DNA of 64,000 bases from Geosiphon pyriformis uo1 (Eukaryota; Fungi; Glomeromycota), in NCBI GenBank assembly GCA_016748015.1, contig JAAOMT010000570.1, forward strand, positions 128,043 to 192,042, written 5' to 3'. Below the pieces are notes generated by a model. That model was not told the DNA's origin and made no database searches. It saw nothing but the letters and a program-made list of their open reading frames with translations. This document shows positions 51,228-64,000 of the stretch, in pieces. Numbering within the stretch: position 1 is the stretch's first letter; every line of letters starts with the position of its first letter. The position numbers and the translations under genes were made by a program.

Positions 51228-54200
51228 CTACAACTCCCTCCTCTTTCTACTCTCCCCCTTGTCTTCCTTATGTCGTTTACGTCCTGCAGCGGCAGCCGGA
51301 TCGACGATAGCCTAAATAAAATTTGATTAGTAGGTTAAAGTAAACTAGGAATAAATAAAAATTAATTTTAAATTATTTACCCGAACAGCCTGCTGAGCCT
51401 TTCGCTCCTTTCTGACTTCAGCAACTTGTTGCCGAACCTGAAGGTAAGCTCGATTGTATTCGGCGTTCCCCACACCCTTTTCCACCAAGTCCAGGACTTC
51501 TTGGCCAAGTTTCTTAAGGGGCTCTAATTAAGTTGAAATTAGGAAAATTGTTAATAGATTGGCTACAGAAAATCGGAAAGATGAAATAGCGACTTACCAA
51601 CATCATCTCCCCTCCAAGTATCATCATTTACCAATCGATAGATTGGCGAGATGACTAATACGAGGTAGTTAAGCGATTGGCCACCCTTCGGGATCAGTCT
51701 AGCCATTGCCGCAAATAAGCGAAAGATGGCCTCCCGCTGCAAGAAGTTCCGAAACGATCTTTATTTACTCATAAGTTAAAATTTTTGTTTTAAGATTAGA
51801 ATCTTACCTGCAAAATGCTCGCGGTACTTCTCTCCGTTACCTTCCTCGCCTGAAACGACATCTTATTGAAAAGCCACATTAAGGAAGTCTTTCGGCACAC
51901 ACCTTGATCGGCCTCGACTTGTTCTCCCTCCCTCTTAGTCCCTTCATCTTTCCCAACGTCCAACGATGGGGGTAAGTAGTAAAAGCACTTGGCTATGAAG
52001 TATAAATTCTTTGAAATCTGTAGGGAGAGTTCAGATGTGAGATTGCAGCTCTTTAACTGGGCGGCAAAGTTTGCCGCCCAGTTTCTAAGTACCTCAACTG
52101 TTGGGAGATCCTGATCAAGTGCATGAGTTGTATATGATTCCGGATTTATATCACTAAAGTAAATTCCGAACAGACGACTGGACACAGTTCTAATCCACGT
52201 GTGCGGATACAATAAGTGTTGTTCAACAAGATTCCACAAGGAACTCATTCTGGTGGAGTAGGGACTCTCCAGATTTTTCAAAAGCTTGTCCAACGTGGAC
52301 AAAGCTACAAATGGAAGTTCCCAATCAAAATCAAGCTCCATCTCTTCACCATTGGCCTCTTGGATGGCCTTGATATCATTGGTACTATTTAAGAGGATTG
52401 CTTCCAATCGGTCAAGAATTTGAGGCACGAATTGGCTGATTTGTTGACCGAATGCTTCAATTACGAATCCATATGCTTGTATGGCCATCTTTTTGAGATT
52501 GAACTTGTCATCTTGTTCATACCAGGAGTTCATCAATTGACTAACTTTTTCCAAATTCTCAGAATCCATTCGAGCCAAAACATTTTTGATCAGCTCTGCC
52601 GCTGTTTTTTTAACTTTGCTGGATTCGTCATTCCAGCATAATTTGATTAAATATAGAAAGAGTGTTAAAATATATTCCTTCAACATTTCGCTTGGGAACT
52701 TTAAGAATATTGAGTTCAACATCTCCATCACGGATAACTTGCCACTTTCATAAGTGTATTCCAAATTTTTAATGAGAAAATTCATTGCGTTTTTCATTTG
52801 CTTTCGATTTTGGGGATAGTCTAATAAGAATTGGAAGAGAACAAGTCGACACTGTTCTCGAATTTGAGCTGCTTGGCTAGTTAACATTATATTTCTCACT
52901 GAGTCCATTAAATCATAAACTTCCGATACCACAAATTTTCGTGATATAATAGCCCGAATCAGTGAAAAAGTTATTGTTTGGCGTTCTGGTTCTTCGAGAT
53001 CAGGTCGAATGAGATTAATCACATAAGTTAATTCGCTTTCTTTAATACGGACTTTTTCACAATCTCGAATTAAAATAGAGAGGAGTTGAAAGCAGGTTTG
53101 TACAAGTACTGATTTAGTGCCGTTGGAACTATGAAGCAGTGCGAATAGTTGCTCTACCAAAGCCGGAAAGGCTTTTTCCATAGATGGTAGTGGAATTTTG
53201 CATAATAAACACATTATCCTGATTGCCGAAAGGGTAATATCGTTGTGTCTTGAATATAAAGCGTCACTGACGATATCGACAAAAGAATCCAAAAGTTCAA
53301 TTTGCTGAGGAGATTTCTTGTCAAACTTCTCTCGTTTCAATGAGGTGAAAAAAATTGTGAGCCCAAAAGTAACAAAAATGTGGGCGTTTGTGCTGAAATA
53401 ATCAATAGAGTTTTCTGATTTATCATGTATAGATTGTACCGTATAATTCTTTTCTAAATTACTTTGCTTATCTTTAGACTTTTTATCACTCTTGTAAAAT
53501 TCTAAATTTTGTGAAATAAGTCCTTGACATAGGGATAGCATTTGATCGGCTTCAAAATTTTCATTTTGATTTATCCCTTTAGCGATCCTTCTCAAAACCT
53601 CTTTGACATTCTCAAGAACTTTGTGGATCTGGGTTCCTTTGAGGATCTCTTTAAGCGGCAAGAGCAAAACACTGATGTTCTTGAGCTCAATTTTTGTTGC
53701 CATTAGTTCGAAGGAATCATAACTCTTACTAGATTTCATCTCTTTCATTTTCCCAGTTATTCCCTCATTTTCTTTTTCTTGGCCAACATGACCAAAAATG
53801 TCATTGATCATAATCTCGGTTATTTCAGCTGCACAATAATCGATTTCACCGAATTGTACATTTGGTAACATGTCAACGAGAAGTGAATGAACAGTATAGC
53901 CGAGCACATGCAACTGATAACCTTTGGTTAAGGCAGCTTGCAATTCTTTTAATATAAATGAAAAATACAAGGGACCCAAAAAACTTGAGATTTCCTTCAA
54001 GGTCTTCCGAGTGGTATCACGAGCATCCTGCTGACGGTTTCTAAGGATCTGACAGACACTTGTGAGCAAGCCAGGCAAACTTAATCGAAGAGAAGCCTCG
54101 GGTAAGGTTTTTAAAAGTTTTGTGATTGCTAAAGCCACCGGCACTCGGACATTAAGATCATCTTTATCACCTTTGATCAAAAATTGTTTCAGCTCTGGTA

Positions 54201-57200
54201 TCAAGGTCTTCACCAAAATGTGATGAATTTTTTTAGCCGAGTCCTCGGGAGATTGTGCCGTCAATGATGATTCCATTTCAAATTCTTCTGTTAAATTGTT
54301 TTTTTGTGGGGTTTCAATATCTTTTATGTCTTCCTCCATCACTTGTGGAGTATAAGAGTCGATATCTACTGATGATAAATCAGCATCTATCAACAAGTGA
54401 TTTTCTTTTACTTCTACGGGGATGTCCTCATTGACTTGAACAGCGGAGATATCGAAATGGAAATTGTCAATAATTGAAATAATTAGGCGAACAAGAATTT
54501 TTTCAATTCCAGATTTCCGAGATATCAGTCTGAAATATTGTTTCAAGAGATTGTAATATGGCCCCCATGAAAGTTGGCTTGCGATCACGCCTATTGTCAT
54601 TATAGCTTGATTGACAAGATGGTGATCAGTTTTCTTATCTGCCTCAAATATAAAGTGTCCGATTAAAGGCAAAAATATTTGAATCAGATCACAATTTCGG
54701 AATTCCCCAGCGGCGCACTGGTCAGAAAATCGTGACAGCGCACGAATACGACGGTGAATTTGAATATGATGAATGTTCTTGAAGAAGTTGGCTTCCTCGT
54801 CATCATTTGACAATAAAGAAGTCATATGCTTGAATTGAGGGGATTTTGAACAATTTGTGACCGCAAATGACAAAAGGTTTATATACTCAATTCGTACGGC
54901 TTCTGCTTTTGAGTGCATTCCTTTTTTGATTTCGGGGTAGACAACTTTGATTAGAAGATCAAAAAGCCTGTCATGATCTGGATCATTTTTTTCGTAAGAC
55001 TTAGCGCAGCAAGCAATAAAAAGTTTAATGCAGTGACCTGCATTTGACCGTATTGACGCTTCTTCAATGTCTTGGATGAAATAGAGGCAGTTATAGAGCA
55101 CCGGTAACCATTGGTTAAACGTCAAGTTGTTTATCGAATCTCGTATCTTATCAAACATAGAAATTCGGCGCTCGAAATCGGGTTCGTCCAACTGGCGAAG
55201 TGAATAGCTATTGAGCCCGACGATTATTTTTACAATTTCCTCTAAAGAGCCATCCACATGAGCAAATTGATCAAGTACACTTGTCAAAATTTTACGGCAT
55301 TCTCTGGACCCAAAGACCAAGAATAACTCGCAGATGTATGTATAATAGCGCATGAACAAATCTGATCCTAGCGTAAATCCAGGAATGATGTTTAAGAAGT
55401 TCATGATTATGCATAATATGTCGAATTTGGTTTTTTCAGGTACTAAATGAGCTGGTTTGCGAAGACTTGGTAAAATGAGTTCAATTAGCTTGATCGCTTG
55501 TTCACCATCCACCACATACGCAGCGACGTGTGATAAAATTCCGATAACACGTCTCGCAAAAGCATCTTTGTAAAAGGATATTCCATCTTTATTAGTTTTG
55601 AGGAGCATGTTTTCTAAATTTTCTAACAATGGGGAAAGGTTTGCGACTAATACTTTGTTCGTCAAAGAGTCGGGATTATCAGCTTGATGATTTGGCTCAA
55701 TATCACAAATCTTAATAATATCATCGATAATGTCCAACACTGATGAGAACACGGATTTTTGAACTTTCTTCGCGGAAAGGCACCCAAAGATCTTGGGTAA
55801 GACCTCTTTATTGTAGTCTACCAAAAATATAATATATTCTTTGCGGGTAGCCCAGGTAAGAAATAATTCCATGAGAGTGGATGAGGCTTGCGTGTTTTCT
55901 ACACTGAATTTAGGTATCCGCTGGGAAATGAATGATTTAAACATAGCCCTGACATATGGCTGGAAATTATGAGGTTCAGGCAATTGGAAAAAATCAACGA
56001 TCCGCTTCAACCCAAGCTGCCTCAGTGACCTAAGATGTTGAATATGACCTTTGAAGCTTTGTAATAACTTGTGATCGTTTTGTGAATCATCCGTCAGGTG
56101 TTCCATTTCAGCAAGGGACAGTTTCTGGTTGGCTTCGTGAACAATATATAAGACGACTTTGAATAGATCATTAATAAAGAAAGAGAGCTTGCTGCCGAAT
56201 TGTGTAAAAGCATCGGCGAGTAAGTTTAGAAAGCCAAACTGCTTTCTAAATGACACTGATTGTTCGAGGTTAAAATTTTCTACAAAAGAGAATGTTCCAT
56301 TCTCAATACTAGGCAATTTTCGGATCTCTGTAAAGGGCTCCAATATAAGTTGTATGAATAACTTTAATTCACCAGGTGGATAATTGTTTAAAACGGATAA
56401 CATTGCAGTTCTTCGGGCACTCATAGCTGATTTAGACGAAAAGTTTCCTTTTCTCGAAATAAGACGGCCATAGAGAATTCGAATTACAAGAGGCATTATA
56501 TCAATTCGATGGGCTGGTTGGATTGGCCCATTTTCCACAAGAGAAAATGATACAAGTTCATCGCGATATTTGTCGTCGTCAACAAGATTCTTAAGATTCT
56601 CAGCATAAGGGATGATATTGTTTAACTTCCAGGCCAGCAAACAATTCAAAGCCAATGATTGTATCTTGCTATCACCGTTAGTTAAAAGACGCAAATAAAC
56701 TTCCCTCAGCTGCTTCTGTTTTTCTTGATTGTGGGGTTTGGGTAACTTCGCAAAAAGTTCAAGGAATAATATCAAATTACTTCGCAATAGGTTTGGCGAT
56801 ATTTCAAGAACAGATATTTCCTCTTCTTTCCCATCCAAATCCATAGTATTGTTGTTCGATTGGGTCAAAATATTATTGTCCTCAGTCTTGATTAGCTGAG
56901 TCACTTCAATATCTTCTTGCTTGAAAGTCTCGTCAAAATCTGCCGATGAAATTTTCTTAAATAACAAGAAGAGTTGGGAGGTATTTTTTCCAGCAAGGCC
57001 AGGTATTTCTATAAGGGTTCTGATCAGCTGGCGATAGTAATTCCAATGATCGTAACGTGCATTTTCAGGGGAGCAAACGGCTATAAAGTGCTTAATCAAA
57101 CTGGTTTTGAAGTTATGACCGAAAAACAATTCAGCTTCTTCAAAAGACTTATTGAATGCTTTTAAATGGAGACAATCAAAAGAGAGTCCCTTAGTTGCGA

Positions 57201-60200
57201 GATTTTCAGAGAATTCTCCATCACTTTGGAAAAAGTAACTAAGCGACTGGAAGGAAAATCCATCCCGGGCTAAGTGTACCTGATCGTCAAAACGGGCTAA
57301 TTCGCTATAAATAATGCTCCATGTTGTAGAAGGATCAATACGCGATAATGTGGCAAGTGTTTTGATCGCCTCAGTCCACAAGGGACTATATTGTATCGTG
57401 AATAATCCAAGACAAAATCGTGGTGCCACCTCAGCATAGAAATTGGGCACACGTCCAGACGAAATCAATCTCGTAAATTTTTGTAGGTATAGTAACTTTT
57501 CACGAAACGAATCCATGGTGATTGGGCATCTTTCAGTGGCTAATGCTAAGGAAAATATCTTACAGGATTCTGGTACTCCTTGTGTCTTTGAGCTTTCAGC
57601 TTCCAAAGGAAATTGTTGGAATAAAGAAAGGATCTGGAGAGTATACAAACGCTGATTATGTCGGAAGGAATTGATGTTTGTCTTGAGGACCGAGTATATT
57701 TTCTCAAGGTAGGGATGATCAAATAGTTCAGTGGTTGCCAAATTGCTATGTATGAAATTCATATAAGTGGCAGACGCTCTTAAAATAACTTCATTGCACG
57801 GATACTGTAGCAGAATTCTATCAATTATGTTATCCCAAAGGTCAACCATTATGTTCAACCCTTTATCGCCGGCACGCTTGCACAATAAGGTCAAAGACTC
57901 GACTGAGAGTCCCAATAAATATTGTAAAAGCACCAAAGGGGATCCATTTGTAAGTGGTCGTTTTAGTAGAGGTGAGAAAAAAGTGGATTCAGAACTCTTC
58001 AATATTTCGATCAAGCGATTGATAAGGGCAACGAGAATTTTCTGAGTTGATACAAAAGGTAGTTCAACATAAGGAATTGTAGTGAGGGCTGTTGCATAGA
58101 GGCAAATCTGGGAAACCTGATCGCTTCCCTTGTTAAGATCTATTTTGCTAAGATCATGTGCTGCCAATATCCAATCAATATTTGTGTCATCCAAAATCCT
58201 CAATACTTGTTTAGGGATATTCCATGTTCGACTTTGGGATCTTTGTTTTGAAGAGCAGATTTTTTTCTGTTCAGTAATCAAATATGTAAAAGTGGATTCG
58301 AGATTTACGGCCCCTGAGGTGATAAGGGATGCCAAAAACAGCGTAATTTTTTCAGGACAGGTGATCCAGTGCTGAGACGCGTATGCTACTATATGTGGAA
58401 GCATCGAGCTGGTGAAATTTATCCAATTCAATTTAGCTAATCCCAAGGTAAAGGATAATACAGCTTGGACATCTGGATTTTCGAATATTTTGCTTAGAAG
58501 AATGTTTTGGTCCGTCTTTCCAACGTCATTTAGGCGTTTAAGGGTGAGTAAGGAGGTACTGAGCTTTAAATATTGACGTGACACGTGAGCTGTTTCAAGT
58601 GAGGACGTTGCGATTAGTGGTGCAACCTTATACATCATGGCAAATACTGGCCTAAGTTCACCAAGGGATGCTCCGTTTCCTACTGTAATACATAAATGGA
58701 CCATCGAAAGTTTCACTGCAATTTTCATAACAGTGAAAGATATATCACTGTTAGGAACACCTTTTATATGAAATATATCATTCTCCAATTCTTCTAAGAA
58801 AAGGTTCAAAAATGATGTGAGGTGTTCTTGGCTACAATGTTGAACAAGGGCGATAGTCGTTTGCTTGACAGCAAAATAGGTAATATTGGACTCAAAATCC
58901 CCCGTATTGACTATTACATCATCATAAAGCTTATGAAGGATCTTAGTATACAATGACAATCCCTTCGAGTGGAGGCCATTATTGATAGTTTTGATCCCCT
59001 CATAAAACAGGATGCTAATACCATCGCAGTACTCGAGCTCTGGATTTGCTTTGAGTGATTCAATTATACAATCAATAATTGTCAGGGGAGACTCCCCTAC
59101 TCGGCGTAAGAGATACCCAAAAGCTTGAGCAGCAAATTTGCGTACAGATGGTATGTAATCTTTACCGAGTAATGGGGCAATAAGTCTGCAGGGGGAATTA
59201 GAAGTGAGATTTAATAAAATAAGAAGATCAGGCTAATAAATTTGCAGGGATAATGTTTTTAAAAAGAGAGGGATATAATAGAATAATATAAAGACTCGTA
59301 CTTGTAAGTGGTATCCAAGTTTTCAATGATGTTTTTGTAAAGATACTTGAATAGATATGCGATGCAATTAAATGTCCACTAATTGAAAAGAATAATAGTC
59401 ATTAGCAAATGCAAACCTCGCAGTATCTTTGAAATATCTTTTTTACCTCCAACACACTCGCATCGCGAGACTTTGTAAGAGGAAGGATGGCTTGGAATAT
59501 TAGTTCGAAATAAGGAAAAAATTCCTCTCCGAGATCTCTAGCTAGCTTGGTAGTAAGACTAAAAAAATGAAGAGAATATATTGGAGTTGATTAAGAAAAC
59601 ATCAAGAATTTCTAAATCGAACCATGCGAGATGTAAGTTACACGCCAAGGATCAGTAATAATATTTTTTCTAAATCTTTGGTTAACAATAATTGTAAATT
59701 ATACTTACTCTAATAATGGCTCCAGAGCCATACTGTCCTTGATGCTTAGGTATTTTTTCAGAATGTCCACAATCTGTTCTTTGTGGTAGAGAACCTGCGG
59801 TAAGGTTTGACAGTACTTTGAGATCTCACGCGAAAAGGCAACAAAGTTTGCGGTCAGGTTTAGTTCTTTCCAGGAGCCCAAAGACTCCTTAAATGAGGTG
59901 CCATCCTAAAGAATTGCCATTGAATGCAGTGTTGAGATGGTAAAATTTTCAGCTTCTTTATTTCAAAGAGATCTTTTAGCGCGTGGACTTTGTCTTGAGC
60001 GTGCTTGTGGAGGAAAAAATCGTACCTGGGGTTCTTCAACAACTTTATAAGACTTCAATGAAACATCTATTTTTATGTCATTTACACGCGCAGTAAACGA
60101 TTGAAACTGAAAGCGTCAATGGTTATCGACAATTAGATTGTTCATTCCCAAACGAGAATGTGTGAGAAAGAACGCAAATAGCCTTCATGATACCTTATAC

Positions 60201-60259
60201 CGATTTATCCCTTTTCGGGACGAAGGCACCAACTCCTTAGGGGCCGAGGTGTCTTTCAT
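51228..60259 (-). CDS. UTP20: U3 snoRNP / SSU processome HEAT-repeat protein UTP20
   Basis: N-terminal FQSFTARVNDIKID; DRIM-like region (NIHHIQIHRRIRAL, GYQLHVLGYTVH, FLLDYP, LEYTYESGK); one ~7.4-kb exon (about 51808-59186) plus small terminal exons. Confidence 0.9.
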
Positions 60260-61152
60260 AAGGATTTAATTAAGAAAGTTTTACGGTTGAGAAAATATTA
60301 ATTATAGGTTCTGTAAAATTTTCCAAATGATAATCTGAGAGTCATCAATTATTTGTAAAATAGTTAATAGACTGTTAACATGTATAAAAAATCAATTTAC
60401 CATAAAAATAATAATAATAATATAAAAACAAAAACAATAAAAATAAGGTTTACATTATATATTTATTAAATAATACTTATTTTTATGAAAAAATTATTTT
60501 ATTAATTAATATTTATTACATTTGTTTAAATAATTTTATGTACATATTTTAAATTATATATTTATAAATATTGTTAATAAAGCAAATATTATATATATAT
60601 ATATATAAATAAGTTTTCAAGTAATTTTTAGTTAATTAACTACACATAAATTTATAATTAATAACCAGTTTTTATAATTTAAATAATTTTATATTGTTTT
60701 AAAAAAATTAAAAAATTATTTATTAATAAAATAAATTGAAAAAATATGTTTTATATTTTAATATAATACAAAATAATAATAATTATAATAATTTTTTAAA
60801 AATTATTATAAAAAATTATGTAAATTTGAAAGTGATTTTATAAAAAATTATTATATTAAAATATTGATTATTTAGCTTTTTAAATTAAATTTAATATTGA
60901 ATATTAAAAAAAAAATTTCTTTTATAGTATTAAGTCTATTAAGTATGTTAATATTGATATATTTTAAAATAATTAACTTGATTTATTATAATAATAATAT
61001 TGGCTATTTTCTAACCTATGATGTCGATCACTATTGATTGAATTTGTCGAAGCTCTCAAAAAAAACCTTTTCCTTTTTTTTAATATAGGAAAAACAAATA
61101 GTAAACTGAAACTTTCTTCCATCGTTCTACCTATATTCGCGTACTACAAATT

Positions 61153-61615
61153 ATGGGTTGCTATTTATCTGCAGAAGAGGAAGAAAAGCGAGCGCGTAGT
61201 AATCAAATTGACAAACAAATAGAAAAGGATGGGGGAAAACTAAGAAAAGAGTGGGAAGATCTTTTCCTAGGTAAACCACTCAACTTCGAGACACATAAAT
61301 CTTATTCAAAATTTCCTTAAGCATAGTAATCTTAACATTAAAATTTGTTTGTAAATTTAGGTTGATTTAAGCTTCTATGATAAATTATTATTAGTTTGAT
61401 TTATTTATATTAAAATTTTTATAAAAGATGGATCGGATATCGGCAAAGCCGCCAAATACATTCTATTACTATTCACTCAAACCAATCAGACACGCCTAAA
61501 TATAGATCCACAGTGAGTAAATTATCATTCGCTTTGGACTAGCTCAAAAATATTTCTAGAAATGACTAATTTCATCTCTTATCACAGTCTCACACAGGCT
61601 ACAGACACTTCAAAT
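61153..61615 (+). pseudogene. Internally deleted heterotrimeric G-alpha fragments (Gpa2/GNA-3-like)
   Basis: MGC...RSNQIDKQIEKD...RKE N-terminus, then GSDIGKAAKYIL...PHLTQATDTSN C-terminal exons with introns; GTPase and helical core absent. Confidence 0.8.
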
Positions 61616-61868
61616 GTAAGTTAACTCGTATATTTTCAAAAACCTCAAGGCTAATTACTCTTTACTTGTGAAACATTTCTTTTTTTTTCCTTCCATGATT
61701 ATTGCCTTTATTCCTACAGTTAAGGTGAGCTGAACTTTTATATATATTTTGTGTTAATGTCTGGTTAAAAGAGATCATTAACAATTCTGTTTTGTTTCAA
61801 TAGATTGAATTTTATTTTTTAATATAGATCTCTAATTTGCTAAATTTCATTATGACAATAATATATAG

Positions 61869-63045
61869 GATTATCAAGGAGAGGAGGCCATTCTTCTAGG
61901 AGCTTATTGGTTATCAAATGTACATGAATTATTATCATTTGCTAGTTTGGTCGAGAGGGACATGTTACATGGTGTCAATCCAGCTGTTGAATCATCTGGT
62001 CGAGTCTTTGAATGGCATGACTATGAAAGATTGGTTTCAATAGTCAAACATGATCTAGAAAGTCTTGAGTATAATATCTATCATACATGGATGAAAGAAC
62101 TTAAAAAACGCTTATTCAAGATGGTTATTCCTGCTGTGATTGAAAGTCAATCATTACCTGGTTTCATTACAAGCGAAAGTCGTTTCCTCACCAAATACAT
62201 CACAGGCCCAAGCACTCCTGCTTTCAGCATGGATGATTTACTCAATTTCTTGAACAAAGTATGGAAAGCTATGAAATCATATTATGTAGAAATGTCAGTT
62301 GTTCAACAAGTTGTCACCGAATTATTAAAACTTATTGGAGTTACTTCGTTTAATGATTTATTAATGAGGCAAGTGTTTAACCAAAAATCATTAAATTTCA
62401 TTACATACAAAAAGCTAATCTTTCATCAATACAATCTATTTTAGACGTAATTTCTGTTCTTGGAAACGAGGTGAATAAAATGTTATTTTGAATCCTGTTC
62501 CTGCTTGCAAAAATTTATTCAGAAATCTAATTTTTTTTGATAGCATTGCAAATTCAATACAACATTACTCGTATTGAGGAATGGTGCAAAAGTCATGATA
62601 TGCCAGAAGGGACTCTTCAACTGGAGCATTTAATGCAAGCTACGAAACTGTTACTACTCAAAAAGGTACAGTTTGATTGGATTCCTCATATAAATTTAAA
62701 TCATTCATTTCACTTTTTCTATCATAGGCTACATTAGGGGATATTGAGATTATCTATGATGTCTGTTGGATATTGACACCGACACAGATTCAAAAGCTAA
62801 TTAGTCATTATTTTCTTGCCAATTATGAGGTATTCTAATTTGATTATAGTTTTGATTTAAGCCTAATTCTAGCAACTAAGCATTACTAATCTTAACCTTT
62901 ATCACAGAATCCAATTAGCCCCGAAATTCTTAAAGCAGTAGCAAGTCGTGTAGTCGCCAACGATAAAACTGATATTTTGTTATTGGACACAACTTCTTTA
63001 GAGGACTCGAAACCATTTGATAATTACTTGCCAAGAAGGTCATGA
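61869..63045 (+). pseudogene. Class V myosin (Myo2-like) cargo-binding tail / Dilute domain fragment with no motor, 5 exons
   Basis: YWLSNVHELLSF, LEYNIYHTWMK, ESQSLPGF, FNDLLMRRNFCSWKR, QYNITRIEEWCKSH, LQLEHLMQATKLL; introns retained, including a GC-AG intron at 62369-62444. Confidence 0.88.
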
Positions 63046-64000
63046 ATTATTATTTTTGTTTTAAAATTAGTTTTCTCTGCCATGCCGGAATAGCTGTCAG
63101 CAGCAGCTCATGCAAAAACTTTGTTACTAGTTTGCAAACTCAATCAGATGTGCTTTTCGAAAGACTTTGTAATTTTCAGATGGTGAACCCACAATAATTG
63201 ATGGTAATTTGTTGAAATTCCAGTTCTCAATATGTAGGATTTTCAATCATTGCATTGTGTAATTTTTAAGATGTTTTTACAAGTATTGAAAGTTTTAAAG
63301 TTGTTTTAATTTTGTAATGTTGAATTTTTTGTGTATTTTGTTTTTTAATTACTTTTAAAAATTTGTTGTTTTGAGTTCCAGTTTTTATTTATTCAAATGT
63401 AAATGTGTTTTTAAAACAATGTTGAATTTTTACATTTGTAAAAATGTTAACTGTTATTTTCTTTTAAAAAGTGTCAGCAATTATAATTTAAAAAAACTTT
63501 TTATATTTTTTATAAATTAAATTTGCAAATAAAAATAATTAATTTGGTTTAAAAAAAAATGCTAATTTTAAAAATTATTTGAATATTAGTTTAATTGATT
63601 TTTTATTGGATATTTTTATTCTTAAAATAATCATGTAGAGCAATTTTAAAAGAATTAAAAAAACAATTGATTATATTTTTGTTTTATTTTTACTTGTTAA
63701 TGTTGTAGCTACTTACAAGATTTTAGATATTAGTGAATTTTTTAATATTAATTACAAAATTGGGTTTATTTTAATTAATTTTAATGATTTTTTGAATGTT
63801 TAATTAATTTTTCTATAAAAACAAAAGAACAAAAATAAATAAGAATACAATTTTAAACATATTAATACTGTTGTTTAAACATATTTTTATATTGTTTTTC
63901 TTGTAAAAATTGTTAATTTGTTAGATTTTTTTTATGATTTTAGAAATTTTAATAATTTGAATTCAATATAAATTATTTCTTATAATATTATATATAATTT

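Noticed and set aside
52420-58375. Plus-strand ORFs within UTP20, and the many short antisense ORFs within the TEs
   Set aside because: Shadow ORFs opposite real coding frames.

Overview
Fungal genomic DNA with spliced genes. Gene content and TE families suggest an early-diverging, Glomeromycotina-like fungus; this is an inference and no database was searched. The window alternates between compact islands of intact, intron-rich, CpG-containing housekeeping genes and blocks of nested, mutated retroelements. The genes are an A20/AN1 zinc-finger protein, GPN3, SRP68, an OCA4-like phosphatase, a Sec4/Rab8 GTPase and UTP20. The retroelements are two diverged Ty3/Gypsy LTR elements (<1-9510 minus; 31625-41320 plus) and at least five copies or relics of an APE-RT-RNaseH LINE group. 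Three things stand out. (1) Both Gypsy elements share an unusually complex plan: a GUG-started, AUG-depleted N-terminal Gag extension; a Cys-rich domain and a five-motif dUTPase between protease and RT; an integrase that appears to be a separate ORF with its own AUG and a conserved SIM-like C-terminal peptide; and a conserved non-Env third ORF. (2) Repeats show C>T/G>A hypermutation in all four CpN contexts, ending in nearly pure A/T LINE ghosts, which is a RIP-like signature. (3) At 61.1-63.0 kb, intron-containing fragments of a G-alpha gene and a myosin V tail can be spliced into one in-frame chimera.
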